DNA of 64,000 nucleotides, from contig CAVOSH010000006.1 of assembly GCA_963698845.1 (NCBI GenBank), forward strand, positions 37,242 through 101,241. The letters are read 5' to 3'. The position numbers and the translations under genes were made by a program. Each line of letters opens with the position of its first letter. The first letter of the stretch is position 1. The stretch is from an uncultured Acidobacteriaceae bacterium (GTDB lineage: Bacteria > Acidobacteriota > Terriglobia > Terriglobales > Acidobacteriaceae). Positions 37,029 through 47,250 of this stretch are shown one piece after another. Below the pieces are notes generated by a model. That model had not been told where the DNA came from, did no database searches, and saw nothing but the letters and a program-made list of their open reading frames with translations.

Positions 37029-38789
37029 TCACAGATCCATGACCAGATCATCGCGCGGCGTACAGCAGCAGATCAGGACATTGCCTTCGGCCGGAGCTTG
37101 CAGCGGTTCCGGATTGTAGCTGACAGAGCCGGAGATCATCGTGGTCTCGCAGGTGTGACAGACGCCCGTTCGGCACGACCAGCGTACGGGGACGTCACAA
37201 GCTTCGGCCAACTCCAGCACGCTTTGATATTTCGGATCCCAGTTAACGTCGATACCACTTCGCGCAAACGAGACGCGAGGACCTGTGCCCAATGCTGTCG
37301 CAGGCTGGTGCGGCTTCCTTTGGGCTGCTCCGACAACGCCCGGCGTGATTGGTCCTTCAGCTCCAAAGATTTCCTCGTGCACCTGGGAGGCGGTAACTCC
37401 CCAGGCGAGTAATCCAGCCTTGAGATCGTGCAGAAACGCCGCCGGTCCACATAAATAGAAATCGGAATCACGTGGTACAGATAATTGCTCGATGGCGGCA
37501 ATGTCGATGCGTCCCGGCGCGTCGAAGTCGGAGCCTGGCCGATCCTGCTGGCCCGGTCTGCTGTAGCGGACATAACTTCGACCGCGCTGCAAGGACTTGA
37601 CCAGCTGGCGCGACTCTTCGAAGAACGGATGGTCCTCGCGATTGCGCGCTCCATACAGCCACCAAACTTCCCGCCTAGACGACTTCGCAGCCAGCGCGTG
37701 CAACATTGCCAACAGGGGTGTTGCTCCCACTCCCGCGCCAAGCAGCACGACCGGACCGTCGCCGGCGGCGAGCGTAAATGTGCCTCGTGGCGCACTGACG
37801 TCCAGAAGATCACCCGGACGGATCTCATGATGGAGATAGCTGCTGGCAAGGCCGTGTTCTTCCAGCTTCACGCTCACCCGGTAGCGATCGGGGCTCGGCA
37901 GATCCGACAAGGAATAATTGCGCAGCACTGCCGGAGCATCGGGCTTCACGCGCATTCGTAGAACCACATACTGCCCCGGTAGCGCAGGACTGAGCGGTTT
38001 TTCATCCGGCGCTTCCATGACGAGCGAGAGCACGCTGCTGCTCTCGTGATTCATCTGCGACACGCGAAGCGGGCGAAAGCCAGGCCATGCCGGCGCCGGC
38101 TCGGTCACGCCGATCAAGCCGGCATTTCCGGTGGTGCCGCCCTTCTCCTGCTCTGCCAAAATGGCTCGAAACGATTGCTGCCAGCCGGGACTCAACGCGG
38201 GGATGCTCAGGGCCTCTTCCAGCTGCTCTCGGGAAGCAGTGTTCAGATAAAGCAGGGAGTCGACCTCGGCGACCGTCATGCCAGCAGGGCCATCGGCGAC
38301 TTTGATGATTTCGTCGCCGCCCTGCACCTCGCCCTCTTGCAGCACGCGAAAGTAAAAGCCCGGCCGATGATGCGAAACCAGCAGAGCAGGCATTCGCGGC
38401 TCGTTCATCCGTATACCTACGCGGTAGCAGGTGACTCGCGGCTGCGTCACCTCAAAGAGCGCGCTTCCGATCTGGAAGCGATCGCCTATGCAGGTTTCGT
38501 CGTCGGCCCAGCCCTCGATGGTGAAGTTCTCTCCGAACTGTCCGTAGGTAAAGTCATTCCGCCCAAGCTGCTGTTCCCAGTAACGGTAAGAATCCAACTG
38601 GTAGACAAACACCGCCCGCTGCTCGCCGCCATGCCCCGCCAAGTCTCCCTGCCCATCGCCCTCAAGGTTCAGACGGCGTACCTGTCGACGGCCCTGGACT
38701 GGATTCTTCCAGATCCCGGTGTTCACGGTCCTGCCCTTCCACGAAACGTCGCGAGGGAGACCCACATTAACGGAGATCAGCTTTGCCAT
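37029..38789 (-). CDS. MOSC domain - FAD/NAD(P) ferredoxin-reductase-like - 2Fe-2S ferredoxin fusion oxidoreductase
   Basis: 586 aa. N-terminal YiiM-like MOSC (..GDGQGDLAGHGG..QPRVTCYR..), an FNR-like middle, and the C-terminal cluster CRTGVCHTCET. Confidence 0.9.
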   Translation of the reverse strand: MAKLISVNVGLPRDVSWKGRTVNTGIWKNPVQGRRQVRRLNLEGDGQGDLAGHGGEQRAVFVYQLDSYRYWEQQLGRNDFTYGQFGENFTIEGWADDETCIGDRFQIGSALFEVTQPRVTCYRVGIRMNEPRMPALLVSHHRPGFYFRVLQEGEVQGGDEIIKVADGPAGMTVAEVDSLLYLNTASREQLEEALSIPALSPGWQQSFRAILAEQEKGGTTGNAGLIGVTEPAPAWPGFRPLRVSQMNHESSSVLSLVMEAPDEKPLSPALPGQYVVLRMRVKPDAPAVLRNYSLSDLPSPDRYRVSVKLEEHGLASSYLHHEIRPGDLLDVSAPRGTFTLAAGDGPVVLLGAGVGATPLLAMLHALAAKSSRREVWWLYGARNREDHPFFEESRQLVKSLQRGRSYVRYSRPGQQDRPGSDFDAPGRIDIAAIEQLSVPRDSDFYLCGPAAFLHDLKAGLLAWGVTASQVHEEIFGAEGPITPGVVGAAQRKPHQPATALGTGPRVSFARSGIDVNWDPKYQSVLELAEACDVPVRWSCRTGVCHTCETTMISGSVSYNPEPLQAPAEGNVLICCCTPRDDLVMDL

Positions 38790-38986
38790 ACTCTGCAGCC
38801 TCTACGGACACCGGTTGCAACCGTTTCCTTGCGGGACGCGGCCGATGAACCAATTCTTGCAGCACCTCATGACGCTCACGCCGCGTCGCGTATGAGCGTA
38901 TGATGAAGCACACCTGCACTTCCATTCAATTTAGAAACCAGTGGACCGAATCGCAGGGAGCTGCCAAAACCGATGAGAGGCGTGGG

Positions 38987-39244
38987 ATGGAAAAGCCTGT
39001 GAGTACGTATGTCGTGTCGTTCGACGTTGAGCCTTACCACCAGGGGACACGCCATCATTGGATGATCTGCCGGTCGCAGAATCCTGACGAACTAGTGTCC
39101 TGGGGCCACGCGCCGACGCGCGAGCTGGCCGAACGTGCTGCTGAAAAAGAAATGGAAGAACTGTCCTGCGGCAGAACCCAGGGCGGGAACGCAGCCGGTA
39201 CCGTGAAGCCTCTCACGCACCGTATTGCCAACGGAAATTATTGA
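38987..39244 (+). CDS. Hypothetical small protein
   Basis: 85 aa from MEKPVSTYVV. No family recognised. Confidence 0.4.
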   Translation: MEKPVSTYVVSFDVEPYHQGTRHHWMICRSQNPDELVSWGHAPTRELAERAAEKEMEELSCGRTQGGNAAGTVKPLTHRIANGNY

Positions 39245-39269
39245 GCCGCCGGAGCTGAACTCCGGCGGC
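39245..39269. terminator. Perfect 10-bp hairpin between convergent genes
   Basis: GCCGCCGGAG-ctgaa-CTCCGGCGGC starts 1 nt after the 39244 stop. No U-tract follows. Confidence 0.4.
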
Positions 39270-39339
39270 AGGATATGCGTTCCTTCGGCAATGACTTTTG
39301 GCCTTCTGGCAGGGTCTGTACAGACGAAACGGAGCGCGA

Positions 39340-39558
39340 TTAGCGCCGATCGTCTGAGTTGGTACGGGCCTTTTTGCGCGCGCGCTTGCGAGCCAGAGCT
39401 TGCTTCACCCGCTTCTTCTCACCCGGCTTCAAGTAGAAAGAATGACGCTTGACGTCCTTGATGATGTCTTCGGTTTGAACCTTGCGTTTGAAACGACGAA
39501 GGGCGTTCTCCAGCGACTCGCCCTCTTGTAATCTGACCTCTGCCAAATCTGCCTCCAA
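39340..39558 (-). CDS. rpsU: 30S ribosomal protein S21
   Basis: ..EVRLQEGESLENALRRFKRKVQTEDIIKDVKRHSFYLKPGEKKR.. The true start may be the TTG four codons in. Confidence 0.85.
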   Translation of the reverse strand: MEADLAEVRLQEGESLENALRRFKRKVQTEDIIKDVKRHSFYLKPGEKKRVKQALARKRARKKARTNSDDRR

Positions 39559-39698
39559 AATGCGCCGTAATCGGCCTCTATTGAGTGTATATCATTCGCC
39601 GGAAATTGTGGGTGACCGGCGGCCCTGGCCGCTGCCTTGACCCGTAAGAGACCGGCCGTCCACCGGCGTGTCCTGGGCGGGAAGAACGCAACCCTTCC

Positions 39699-40028
39699 CT
39701 ACTCGTCCACCAGCTCCTTCCCCGGATACTGGGCCTCGTAATAGAACTCCAGAGCTTTGTCCAGCTTGGCCCAGAAGGCTGCGTCCCGGACAGGCGGGGC
39801 GTCATTTTTCAGGGCATGATGGCGGGAGCTAGCTCTTAACGTCAGCATCTTGTTGAGAGCGTCGAGCAGGCCCCAGTCGTCGGCTCGCCAGCTTTTCGGC
39901 GGCTTGGCCTTGTAGGCCATCATCTTTTTGATCAGATCCTCGGTTTTGATGTTGCGGAGGACGGGATATAACTCCGCCCAGAGACGGGGCGTGTAATCGT
40001 CGTCCACAAAACGCAGTGGCATCTCCAT
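39699..40028 (-). CDS. Hypothetical protein
   Basis: 109 aa with coding-like composition. No family recognised. Confidence 0.45.
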   Translation of the reverse strand: MEMPLRFVDDDYTPRLWAELYPVLRNIKTEDLIKKMMAYKAKPPKSWRADDWGLLDALNKMLTLRASSRHHALKNDAPPVRDAAFWAKLDKALEFYYEAQYPGKELVDE

Positions 40029-40208
40029 AGAGATAAGTTAATCGAAAGTTGAGTGCAGGCGCGACAAATTATTCGCTGGGAGGAAATGTGATCCCCAACG
40101 GGCTTCCTGAAATGCAATTCCTCCAGAACGTCAACCGCCGCCCATCTCTTTTTCGGGTGTGAACAATCACTATCCTGAGGCGCGGAGAATCACCCAAAGG
40201 CTCGCGTA

Positions 40209-40418
40209 TCACTCTGAGTAACCGTCGTCGCCATCCTCGCCGTCCCCGTCTTCGTCTTCGTCGTCCTGGTCGTCCTCGTCCTCGTCTTCGTCGTCCTGAT
40301 GACGATCCCGCTTTTCTTCTTCTTCTTCTTCCTCTTGCGGATCAGCGCCGAGTATGTCAAAGATGACAGCAGACGCACGGGCTTCGGAAGGTGCGTATTC
40401 AGCTTCTAATTTACCCAT
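40209..40418 (-). CDS. Small protein with extreme acidic tail
   Basis: MGKLEAEYAPSEARASAVIFDILGADPQ followed by about 40 residues of E/D. The DNA at 40240-40345 is a GAC/GAA-type low-complexity tract. Confidence 0.4.
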   Translation of the reverse strand: MGKLEAEYAPSEARASAVIFDILGADPQEEEEEEEKRDRHQDDEDEDEDDQDDEDEDGDGEDGDDGYSE

Positions 40419-40774
40419 ACCCCCAAGCGTACGCTTGTGATTGTGGAAACCGAACCAAAATGCGTGGTGAGTTTGAACATCCGGGCAGGAAACTCTCGTA
40501 CGAGATTTACCGTGCGACAAGAGGAATGGGCGGGTCAGACAAACGCGCGGAAAAATCAGCACAAGGCGGATCGCTAACTCCGGCGCGATTCTCGAGCTGC
40601 TGTCGCAAGGGTTAGGTGCTCTGGTGGGACAAGCCGCCTCACCCGCTCAGGGTATAATCAAGTCATCTCGCATTTTCGAGATGGCTCTCTGGTCCTTCCC
40701 TTCCGCAAGGAAGCAGGCACAATCTTCAGCCCCACTCACCCACGCTCTTCTAGTCGTGCCGGCGAGAGCTTCTC

Positions 40775-41386
40775 GTGGGTCCGACAGCTCCTGGACTAGA
40801 TGGTTTTCACGCGAGGTCATCTGTGAAAGTGGGATCCCAGCCGTCCGCAGCCGACGGCTTAACAAGAGTCAGCATCCTATTAGTCGACGCCAATGCCGAA
40901 AGGCGAGCGTTACGCCGGAAGATCCTGACGATGCATGGCGCCGAAGTAGTTGCTGCGTGTGACGTAACCGAAGCAAGCTCCGTTTGGCATCGCGATCGCT
41001 ACGATATGGTGCTCATTGATATTCGCAGAGACCACCGCGGCTCTCTGGCATGGCGCGATGAAATCAAGAAGGACAAACCAAAGCAGATCGTGGCTTTTCT
41101 GGTGGGCGGACCAAGATACGTTGATTTCGAGCCACTGGCCGACTCCTACACTGCCGAAGGCCATGGCACGCAGTGGGGTGATTCCATGCGGCAGGCGGTC
41201 AGGAAGAGCTGCGAGTCGCTACCGCAACGCAACAGCTTCGTGGAGGCACGTTGGCGGATTGCCGCCGCACGCAGGATCAGCGGACCTCCGGGCACGAGTC
41301 CGGAAATGACGACGAAACCAGCCGAGCCCGTGATGCAACAGGGATCTGATGCCCGCCAAGAAACCGGCGAACAGTTGGTCAATTAG
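40775..41386 (+). CDS. Orphan response-regulator receiver-domain protein
   Basis: ..ILLVDANAERRALRRKIL..YDMVLIDIRRD..KPKQIVAFLVG.. No recognised output domain. The start is uncertain. Confidence 0.6.
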   Translation: MGPTAPGLDGFHARSSVKVGSQPSAADGLTRVSILLVDANAERRALRRKILTMHGAEVVAACDVTEASSVWHRDRYDMVLIDIRRDHRGSLAWRDEIKKDKPKQIVAFLVGGPRYVDFEPLADSYTAEGHGTQWGDSMRQAVRKSCESLPQRNSFVEARWRIAAARRISGPPGTSPEMTTKPAEPVMQQGSDARQETGEQLVN

Positions 41387-41437
41387 GCCGTTGCATAAGC
41401 GCTTTTACAACACGTCAGACAACACAATGGAGAATGA

Positions 41438-41863
41438 ATGAAAACTGAGCTAGTCGCCAAAGTCCCCGGTACCGCGCTGGACCACATTTTGGGCAGTGCT
41501 GTGATTCTCAATTGGCAGGCCGTGGCGTGCCAATACAACTCGGCCACTGTACGTGTTGAGTATCACATTGGGGTAGACGGCTCGGTGGATTACCTGAAGC
41601 TTTGGGCTTGCGGACGCGAATATTGGAGCCTGATCTGCGATTACTCGCCGCACGCAGGCTGGTCGGACGGACCACGATTCTCAAATGGATTTCATTCGCG
41701 CCCGCTGGGCAGGCTATTGCAATCGATCATCATGAATCAGAACATGTTCCGGCATGATTGCAGTCCCAACAGCAGCGCCACCATTGAAATTGGTACGCCT
41801 ACGCCTGAAGAGACGGATTGCGCTACGCAGCGGGTCAACGAAGCTTTCCAGCGCAGCGCGTAG
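41438..41863 (+). CDS. Hypothetical protein
   Basis: 141 aa with a GGAG RBS. No family recognised. Confidence 0.45.
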   Translation: MKTELVAKVPGTALDHILGSAVILNWQAVACQYNSATVRVEYHIGVDGSVDYLKLWACGREYWSLICDYSPHAGWSDGPRFSNGFHSRPLGRLLQSIIMNQNMFRHDCSPNSSATIEIGTPTPEETDCATQRVNEAFQRSA

Positions 41864-41881
41864 AACTGACGGATTCATCGC

Positions 41882-42052
41882 ATGCTGAAATCACATAAAC
41901 AGGCGATCGGCGAAATCAAGTCCGCGCAACAGCGGGTAAGAAAAGCCAAGGAAGAGTGCGATAAGCTGAAAGAAAAGTTGAAGAAGGCACAGGCGCGCCT
42001 GGCTGCTGAAAAGGACCGGCTCAAAAGGAGCCAGGAGAAGCTGGAAAGCTAG
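41882..42052 (+). CDS. Possible 56-aa coiled-coil peptide (below the ORF-track cutoff)
   Basis: ATG 41882 .. TAG 42050-42052. MLKSHKQAIGEIKSAQQRVRKAKEECDKLKEKLKKAQARLAAEKDRLKRSQEKLES. Confidence 0.3.
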   Translation: MLKSHKQAIGEIKSAQQRVRKAKEECDKLKEKLKKAQARLAAEKDRLKRSQEKLES

Positions 42053-42097
42053 TCGAGTGCCGGCGCACAAACTTCAGCCGTACGTCAGAAGACCCGC

Positions 42098-43165
42098 TCA
42101 ATGCACGTTTGCGTGATCCTTTAAAATCGCCGCCCACTCACGATTAATTCGCTGTTGCCACTCTTCGGAGGGCAAACTTCCTTTTGCCTGATAGCCGCTG
42201 CGGCGGTTAGTCTCAGCCACAATCGCTTCGCGCACCGGGTCAAACTCTCCGAGTTCCAGCCGCTGGTAGAGCTGTTCGATCACTCTCACCGGATTGGCGA
42301 TCAGCGATTCGTAAGTAATCGCCGCGAATCGATTGGGCGGCAGATCAGCGGTGGTGGCCGCCAACTTCGCCTCGAAGCGCGGACGATCGCCAAGAACTGC
42401 CTCACGAATTGCGTCGTCAGGCGGTATGGGGCCGATGGCGTAAGTCTCGAACATCTTGCGCCACATGCGAACCACCGACTCGAAATTGGTCACCGGATCG
42501 CGAATGATCACCAGGTACCGCGCATCTGGAAGCAACTCCCGCAGGGTACTGACCCGCGCGCCATGCGTCGGCGACTTCAGAATCAGCGGACGGCCCGCTC
42601 CCCGAACCGACACCCCGGCTAGGAAATTCAGAAAGACTTCCCGCCAATGCTTTTCCTCTTGCGGTGAAAGATCCTTGGGATCCGTCAGCTTCAGCGCTTC
42701 CGGCAGGATCGCAGGAATCAGCAGCGCTTCATAAGGCGAACGCGCACCCAGCGACAGCAACGCGAACTCGTCTTCCTGCGGCGAGGCGGCGCTGACCTCC
42801 ATCTCGTCCATTGGGCGCTGCGTGGTAGAACCTCCGCGCGCCAGCACACCAGCTTCCGAGAAGAGAAAGTGATGCGGGTTCATGCAGGCATGCGTGGTGG
42901 GATATGTATAGCGTTTGTCCAGGCACAGCAGCTCATGCAGCAGGGTTGTGCCGGAGCGCCAATAACCCAGAACCACAACCGCATTGCGCAAGTTTGCCTG
43001 CGCTAGTTGCTGGCGATTGACCGTCTCCTGTAGCCCGGACATGGCGGAGAACACCGAGCCCGGCGCCAGCGTCTGCCAAAGCAGCATGGGGCTGGGCCGG
43101 AGATGCCAGTTCCGGCGGAGCTGTCGCCAGGCGCTGGAGGTCAAGTTGAGATATTGTCGGCTCAC
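42098..43165 (-). CDS. PAPS-dependent sulfotransferase family protein
   Basis: 5'-PSB loop ..VVLGYWRSGTTLLHELL.. The GTG overlaps the upstream stop (GTGA at 43162-43165). Confidence 0.85.
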   Translation of the reverse strand: MSRQYLNLTSSAWRQLRRNWHLRPSPMLLWQTLAPGSVFSAMSGLQETVNRQQLAQANLRNAVVVLGYWRSGTTLLHELLCLDKRYTYPTTHACMNPHHFLFSEAGVLARGGSTTQRPMDEMEVSAASPQEDEFALLSLGARSPYEALLIPAILPEALKLTDPKDLSPQEEKHWREVFLNFLAGVSVRGAGRPLILKSPTHGARVSTLRELLPDARYLVIIRDPVTNFESVVRMWRKMFETYAIGPIPPDDAIREAVLGDRPRFEAKLAATTADLPPNRFAAITYESLIANPVRVIEQLYQRLELGEFDPVREAIVAETNRRSGYQAKGSLPSEEWQQRINREWAAILKDHANVH

Positions 43166-45129
43166 GCGGATGTCTGCAATAGACCGGGGAATTTGGAGTT
43201 GATGGCCTGGCGCAACTCCATCGCCTTTTCCGGATGGTCGGCGCTGCGATCGACCGTCCAGTCCTGCGACTCACTCAGCGGACGCAGCACGCCCTGCTGC
43301 GAAGAAAGCAAGACGACGTACTGATAACGGCTGTCGGTGACGCCAACGGTGCCGTAGTACAACGGCATTGGCTTAAAAATGCTGTTCGTCTCCAGGAACT
43401 GGCAGAAGGCCATGCCACCGTCCTCACCGCTGCCCTGGCCGTTCAGGAAGGGCGCCAGCGAACGGCCCATCATCCAGTCAGGCTTGGGCTGGCCGGCAAT
43501 CTCCAGAATCGTAGGCGCCAGCGAAGTTTGATCCGCGGTATACGAAACGGTGCGGCCCTGCTGCTGACCGGGGGTGCGGATGATCAGCGGAATGTGAATC
43601 TCCGGCCGGGTCATGTACTGATTTTCGTGCTGGTAAACCCCGCCCTCGAAGCTCTCTCCGTGATCGGCCGACACGATGACGGTCGTATTGTTCATTCGTC
43701 CGCTTTTCTCGAAGGCCGACATAAATGAGCCGAAGGCGCGATCGGCGGTCAGGATGAACTCGTCGTAGGCCAACCGCCGCAGATCGACCAGGGGCTGCTG
43801 ATCGGGTTGGTAAACCGGGTAGAAACGACGTGCGCCATCGTCGCCTTCGTCTTCGAACTTGCGTAGCTCCTCATTGGGAAGAAACGTGCCACGTGAAGCA
43901 GCGTCCGGTCGGTACGGGCTGTGCGGCGTCATGACATGAATCCAGAGAAAGAAACCCTCGGGCAGCTTTTCCAGAATCTTCTCCCCATGCGCGAAGCTCT
44001 CGTTCGCCGGATAGCGCCGGAACAGGTCCAACGGCAGGTCGCCCATAAAGTTCCAGGTCGTCATCATGTCGTTGTATTCATCCATCCGGTTGCCGATTCC
44101 GGAATTCTGATGCAACGCTGCAGTACCCTGCCAGAGATGCTGCAACCCGCCCTGCTGAAAGATAGGCTCGGGTAGAAAATCGTATTCGCTGCGCAGGCTG
44201 TCGACCAGGTAGTAGGCATACGGATTCGAGAGGAAAGCGCCGGTAGCGAAGCCGGCCGACCGCATCTGGTGCGGCAGGCTTTTGGTTACTTCACTCGGCT
44301 GAATTCTGCCGATGATCTGGTAAACGCGGTTTTGCGTGGGGTACACGCCCGTCAACATGGTCGCAATGCCGGGAGTGGTGAAGGTCGACGCCGAGTAAAA
44401 ATTCTTGAAGACGGTGGCATTGCGCGCGAAGGCGTCGATGTTCGGACAAGTCGGCAGGCGATAACCATACACCGACATGTCTTCGGCCGACAGGGCGTCG
44501 AAGGTGATCATCAGGACGTTCGACTTCGGCCGCTGTGGAGCCAGTGCCGCCCTTACGATAGGCACGGTTTTGCTCAACGCATACTCGGTAGCGACCAGAC
44601 CGGCAGCGCCGGCCACGGTAGCGATGGCCGCGCGTCGGGTCATCCTGTCGCCCATGAGGCCGTCGATACTGGTCACCACCTGCCGTCGCGTGCGCGGGAT
44701 CCACAGCACCGCGACGAAGACGAGAAAGTGAATGACGAGGAGCGAGTTCAGAGCCTTCGGGCTGAGATCAGCCTTCCAGGAATGTATCAGGGTAACCAGC
44801 GCGAATCGGGAGTCGAAGTAGATCACCAGGATCACGCCCGCTTTGATTGTCCAGTCGGCAATGCGTTGGCGGGATGACTCGAAGCGCCAGAGAAACGGAG
44901 CGACCACCGCGGTGCAAACCGTTCCGGCGAAGATGCCCAGCAGAGCCACGAAAACGAAGCGGACCACCACCTCGAAGACGATCTCGCTGGTGATCAGATA
45001 AAACGTCCAGCCCTGAACTTCTCCCTGGGCGAGTTTCAGCGCTTCGGCGAATAACAAGCCGACAATCCCAAGGGTAATGAGCCGGAACCAGAGGGTTCTT
45101 ACCGTAGAGCGGAAATCACTTCTAGGCAT
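43162..45129 (-). CDS. Membrane-anchored sulfatase-like (LtaS/EptA-type alkaline-phosphatase superfamily) transferase/hydrolase
   Basis: About 5 N-terminal TM segments, then ..NVLMITFDALSAEDM..SASTFTTPGIATMLTG..VIVSADHGESF. A Thr sits at the nucleophile position, as in LtaS/EptA. Confidence 0.8.
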   Translation of the reverse strand: MPRSDFRSTVRTLWFRLITLGIVGLLFAEALKLAQGEVQGWTFYLITSEIVFEVVVRFVFVALLGIFAGTVCTAVVAPFLWRFESSRQRIADWTIKAGVILVIYFDSRFALVTLIHSWKADLSPKALNSLLVIHFLVFVAVLWIPRTRRQVVTSIDGLMGDRMTRRAAIATVAGAAGLVATEYALSKTVPIVRAALAPQRPKSNVLMITFDALSAEDMSVYGYRLPTCPNIDAFARNATVFKNFYSASTFTTPGIATMLTGVYPTQNRVYQIIGRIQPSEVTKSLPHQMRSAGFATGAFLSNPYAYYLVDSLRSEYDFLPEPIFQQGGLQHLWQGTAALHQNSGIGNRMDEYNDMMTTWNFMGDLPLDLFRRYPANESFAHGEKILEKLPEGFFLWIHVMTPHSPYRPDAASRGTFLPNEELRKFEDEGDDGARRFYPVYQPDQQPLVDLRRLAYDEFILTADRAFGSFMSAFEKSGRMNNTTVIVSADHGESFEGGVYQHENQYMTRPEIHIPLIIRTPGQQQGRTVSYTADQTSLAPTILEIAGQPKPDWMMGRSLAPFLNGQGSGEDGGMAFCQFLETNSIFKPMPLYYGTVGVTDSRYQYVVLLSSQQGVLRPLSESQDWTVDRSADHPEKAMELRQAINSKFPGLLQTSA

Positions 45130-45349
45130 CGCGTCGCAGGCGCCGCGTCAGCGCGCTAAAACCAGCGGCAATCTGCTTTCTCAGGAATGTCGCGGCGGCG
45201 GAGAGCATGATCAGGAGTGGGGTGATGATCTGCGAAGCCAGACCTACCGCGTTGGGATCCGTGTACGCATGAGCCGGAGTGGGGACTGACACCAGGAAAA
45301 GAGCACACAAAGCACACACTATTAGGGCAGCTTGGACGCGGTACTTCAT
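45122..45349 (-). CDS. Small signal-peptide/membrane protein, first gene of the operon
   Basis: 75 aa. Overlaps the next gene by 8 nt. Confidence 0.45.
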   Translation of the reverse strand: MKYRVQAALIVCALCALFLVSVPTPAHAYTDPNAVGLASQIITPLLIMLSAAATFLRKQIAAGFSALTRRLRRDA

Positions 45350-45562
45350 TAACCCCTCCGGATCTGGAACCTGCGGCTGACACTCGCAAAATTACGCAGC
45401 GAGTATAGCACGGAACTGCGTTTATCTTGTGTTGTTTCGGAAGATCGTCAAAGCAACGCAGGCCACCCGTATGATGAATTTCGTTTTGGAACAGAACATC
45501 CCGGAGACCGCGCCAAAAATCTCAGCGACAGTGCCCGGATCAATCGGCGTGATCTGTTATAC

Positions 45563-47052
45563 ATGATGGTGGTCATGCAAGGTACCCCGCTCCCATTTGC
45601 TTCCGACCTCGAGCAGGGCCCGGTTTATGACGTCGCCATTATTGGCGGCGGATTCTCTGGCGTCATGACGGCGGTGCATCTGCTTCGCCGCTGCCGCCCG
45701 ACCACATCCATATTGCTGATCGAGCGCGGTGAGCACCTCGGCCGAGGGCTGGCGTTCGGCACCCACACGGCCGAGCATCTGCTGAACGTTCCGGCCAAGA
45801 ACATGAGCGCCTTTGCCGACGAACCAGCGCACTTTCTGGAGTGGCTGCAGCGACACAAGGATGCGGAAATCTCTCCCACTGCCTTTGTCTCGCGGCAGTG
45901 GTACGGAGAATACGTTGGCGGCTTACTGGCGGAGCAACTGCGCCGATCGGATTCGCCGTCGTTTCGCTGCGTCCACGAAGAAGTTGCCGCAATCGAGCGG
46001 CGCGACGACACGCTGCGCCTGAGCCTGGCGAATTCTGCGCCTTGCCACGCCCGCCTGGTGGTCCTGGCCGTGGGTAATTTTCCGCCTCCGGATCCTATGC
46101 CTTTGCGCCAGCTATCGAATCGGCGCTACGCCCGCTATGCCTGGTCTCCCGAGGCGCTGGATGGGATCACGGACTCCGAGTCGGTGCTGCTGATCGGTTC
46201 CGGGTTGACGGCGATCGACCAGGTGGTCGCGCTGAAGGGATGCGGATTCAAAGGCACGATCTACATGCTGTCGCGCCGCGGGCTGCTTCCTGCTTTGCAC
46301 CAGCAGGTGTCAGCCTGGCCGGCGGAATGGACTGCAGAGCTCCCAGGATCGATCAGACCGCTGGTCGCCGAGGTGCGCCGGCAAGTACGGGCTGCGGCCG
46401 AGCAACGGAGTGGATTGGCGGGCGGTGATTGACAGCCTTCGACCCGCGACCCAACGCATTTGGAAGAGCTTGAACGTGGCCGAGAGGAAGAGATTTCTGC
46501 GCCACGTGCGCTGCTTCTGGGAAGTACATCGCCACCGTCTCGCGCCGGAGGTCGGGCGAGCGTTAGAAGAGCTCCGGCAGAGCGGCCAGCTAGTCATGAA
46601 AGCCGGGCGAGTGCTCGAATGCGTTGAACGCGATGGTCAGGTCGAGGTCAGCTATCGCGACCGGGAGAGCATCGGGACGGAAACTCTGCGAGTATCGCGA
46701 ATCGTGAATTGCACCGGGCACGAGACCGATGCGCGGAAAATTGACTCTCCGGTTGTGAGGTCGCTGCTGGACAACCATCTGGCCCGGGTGGATTCCAGTG
46801 CCCTAGGTCTGGATATAAACGAAGATGGCGCCGTGATCGACGCTTCGGGCATGGCTTCGAAGTCGTTTGTTTGCGCTGGGATCGGTGCGCAAAGGACTGC
46901 TCTGGGAAAGTACTGCCGTGCCTGAAATTCGGGTGCAGGCACATGCCCTGGCCGAGCGGCTGGCGCAAGCGCTGGCGAGCCCAGAGGATTCGTATGGAAC
47001 GGTCGCTGCGAGAGCGTCAGGCAATAAGTCTGCTGCCGATCAGATGGCTTGA
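45563..47052 (+). pseudogene. FAD/NAD(P)-binding protein (YdhS-like, PF13454 type), two frame breaks
   Basis: ..YDVAIIGGGFSGV.. and ..VLLIGSGLTAID.. continue as ..WRAVIDSLRP..FLRHVRCFWEVHRHR.., then ..FALGSVRKGLLWESTAVPEIR.. Breaks near 46405 and 46870. Confidence 0.7.
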
Positions 47053-47250
47053 CGGAACGCCACGCTAGAGATTGCACAAACGGCCGTTAAGACGAGAGAT
47101 GGCGCTCGACATCTCCAATTCCGGCACGGATTGGTCAGTAATCGTAGAATGTCGACTAGCAGGCAACGCGCTCGGTCGCAGCTCTATATTCCGGGTTCAA
47201 GGCGCGGCAAGACGGCCAGGCGCAGAACTCGCCATCATGATTTAGGGGAC

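Noticed and set aside
40240-40345. GAC/GAA trinucleotide-rich tract as a non-coding microsatellite
   Set aside because: It stays in frame with the upstream ORF and encodes the poly-Asp/Glu tail. It is imperfect rather than a pure repeat.
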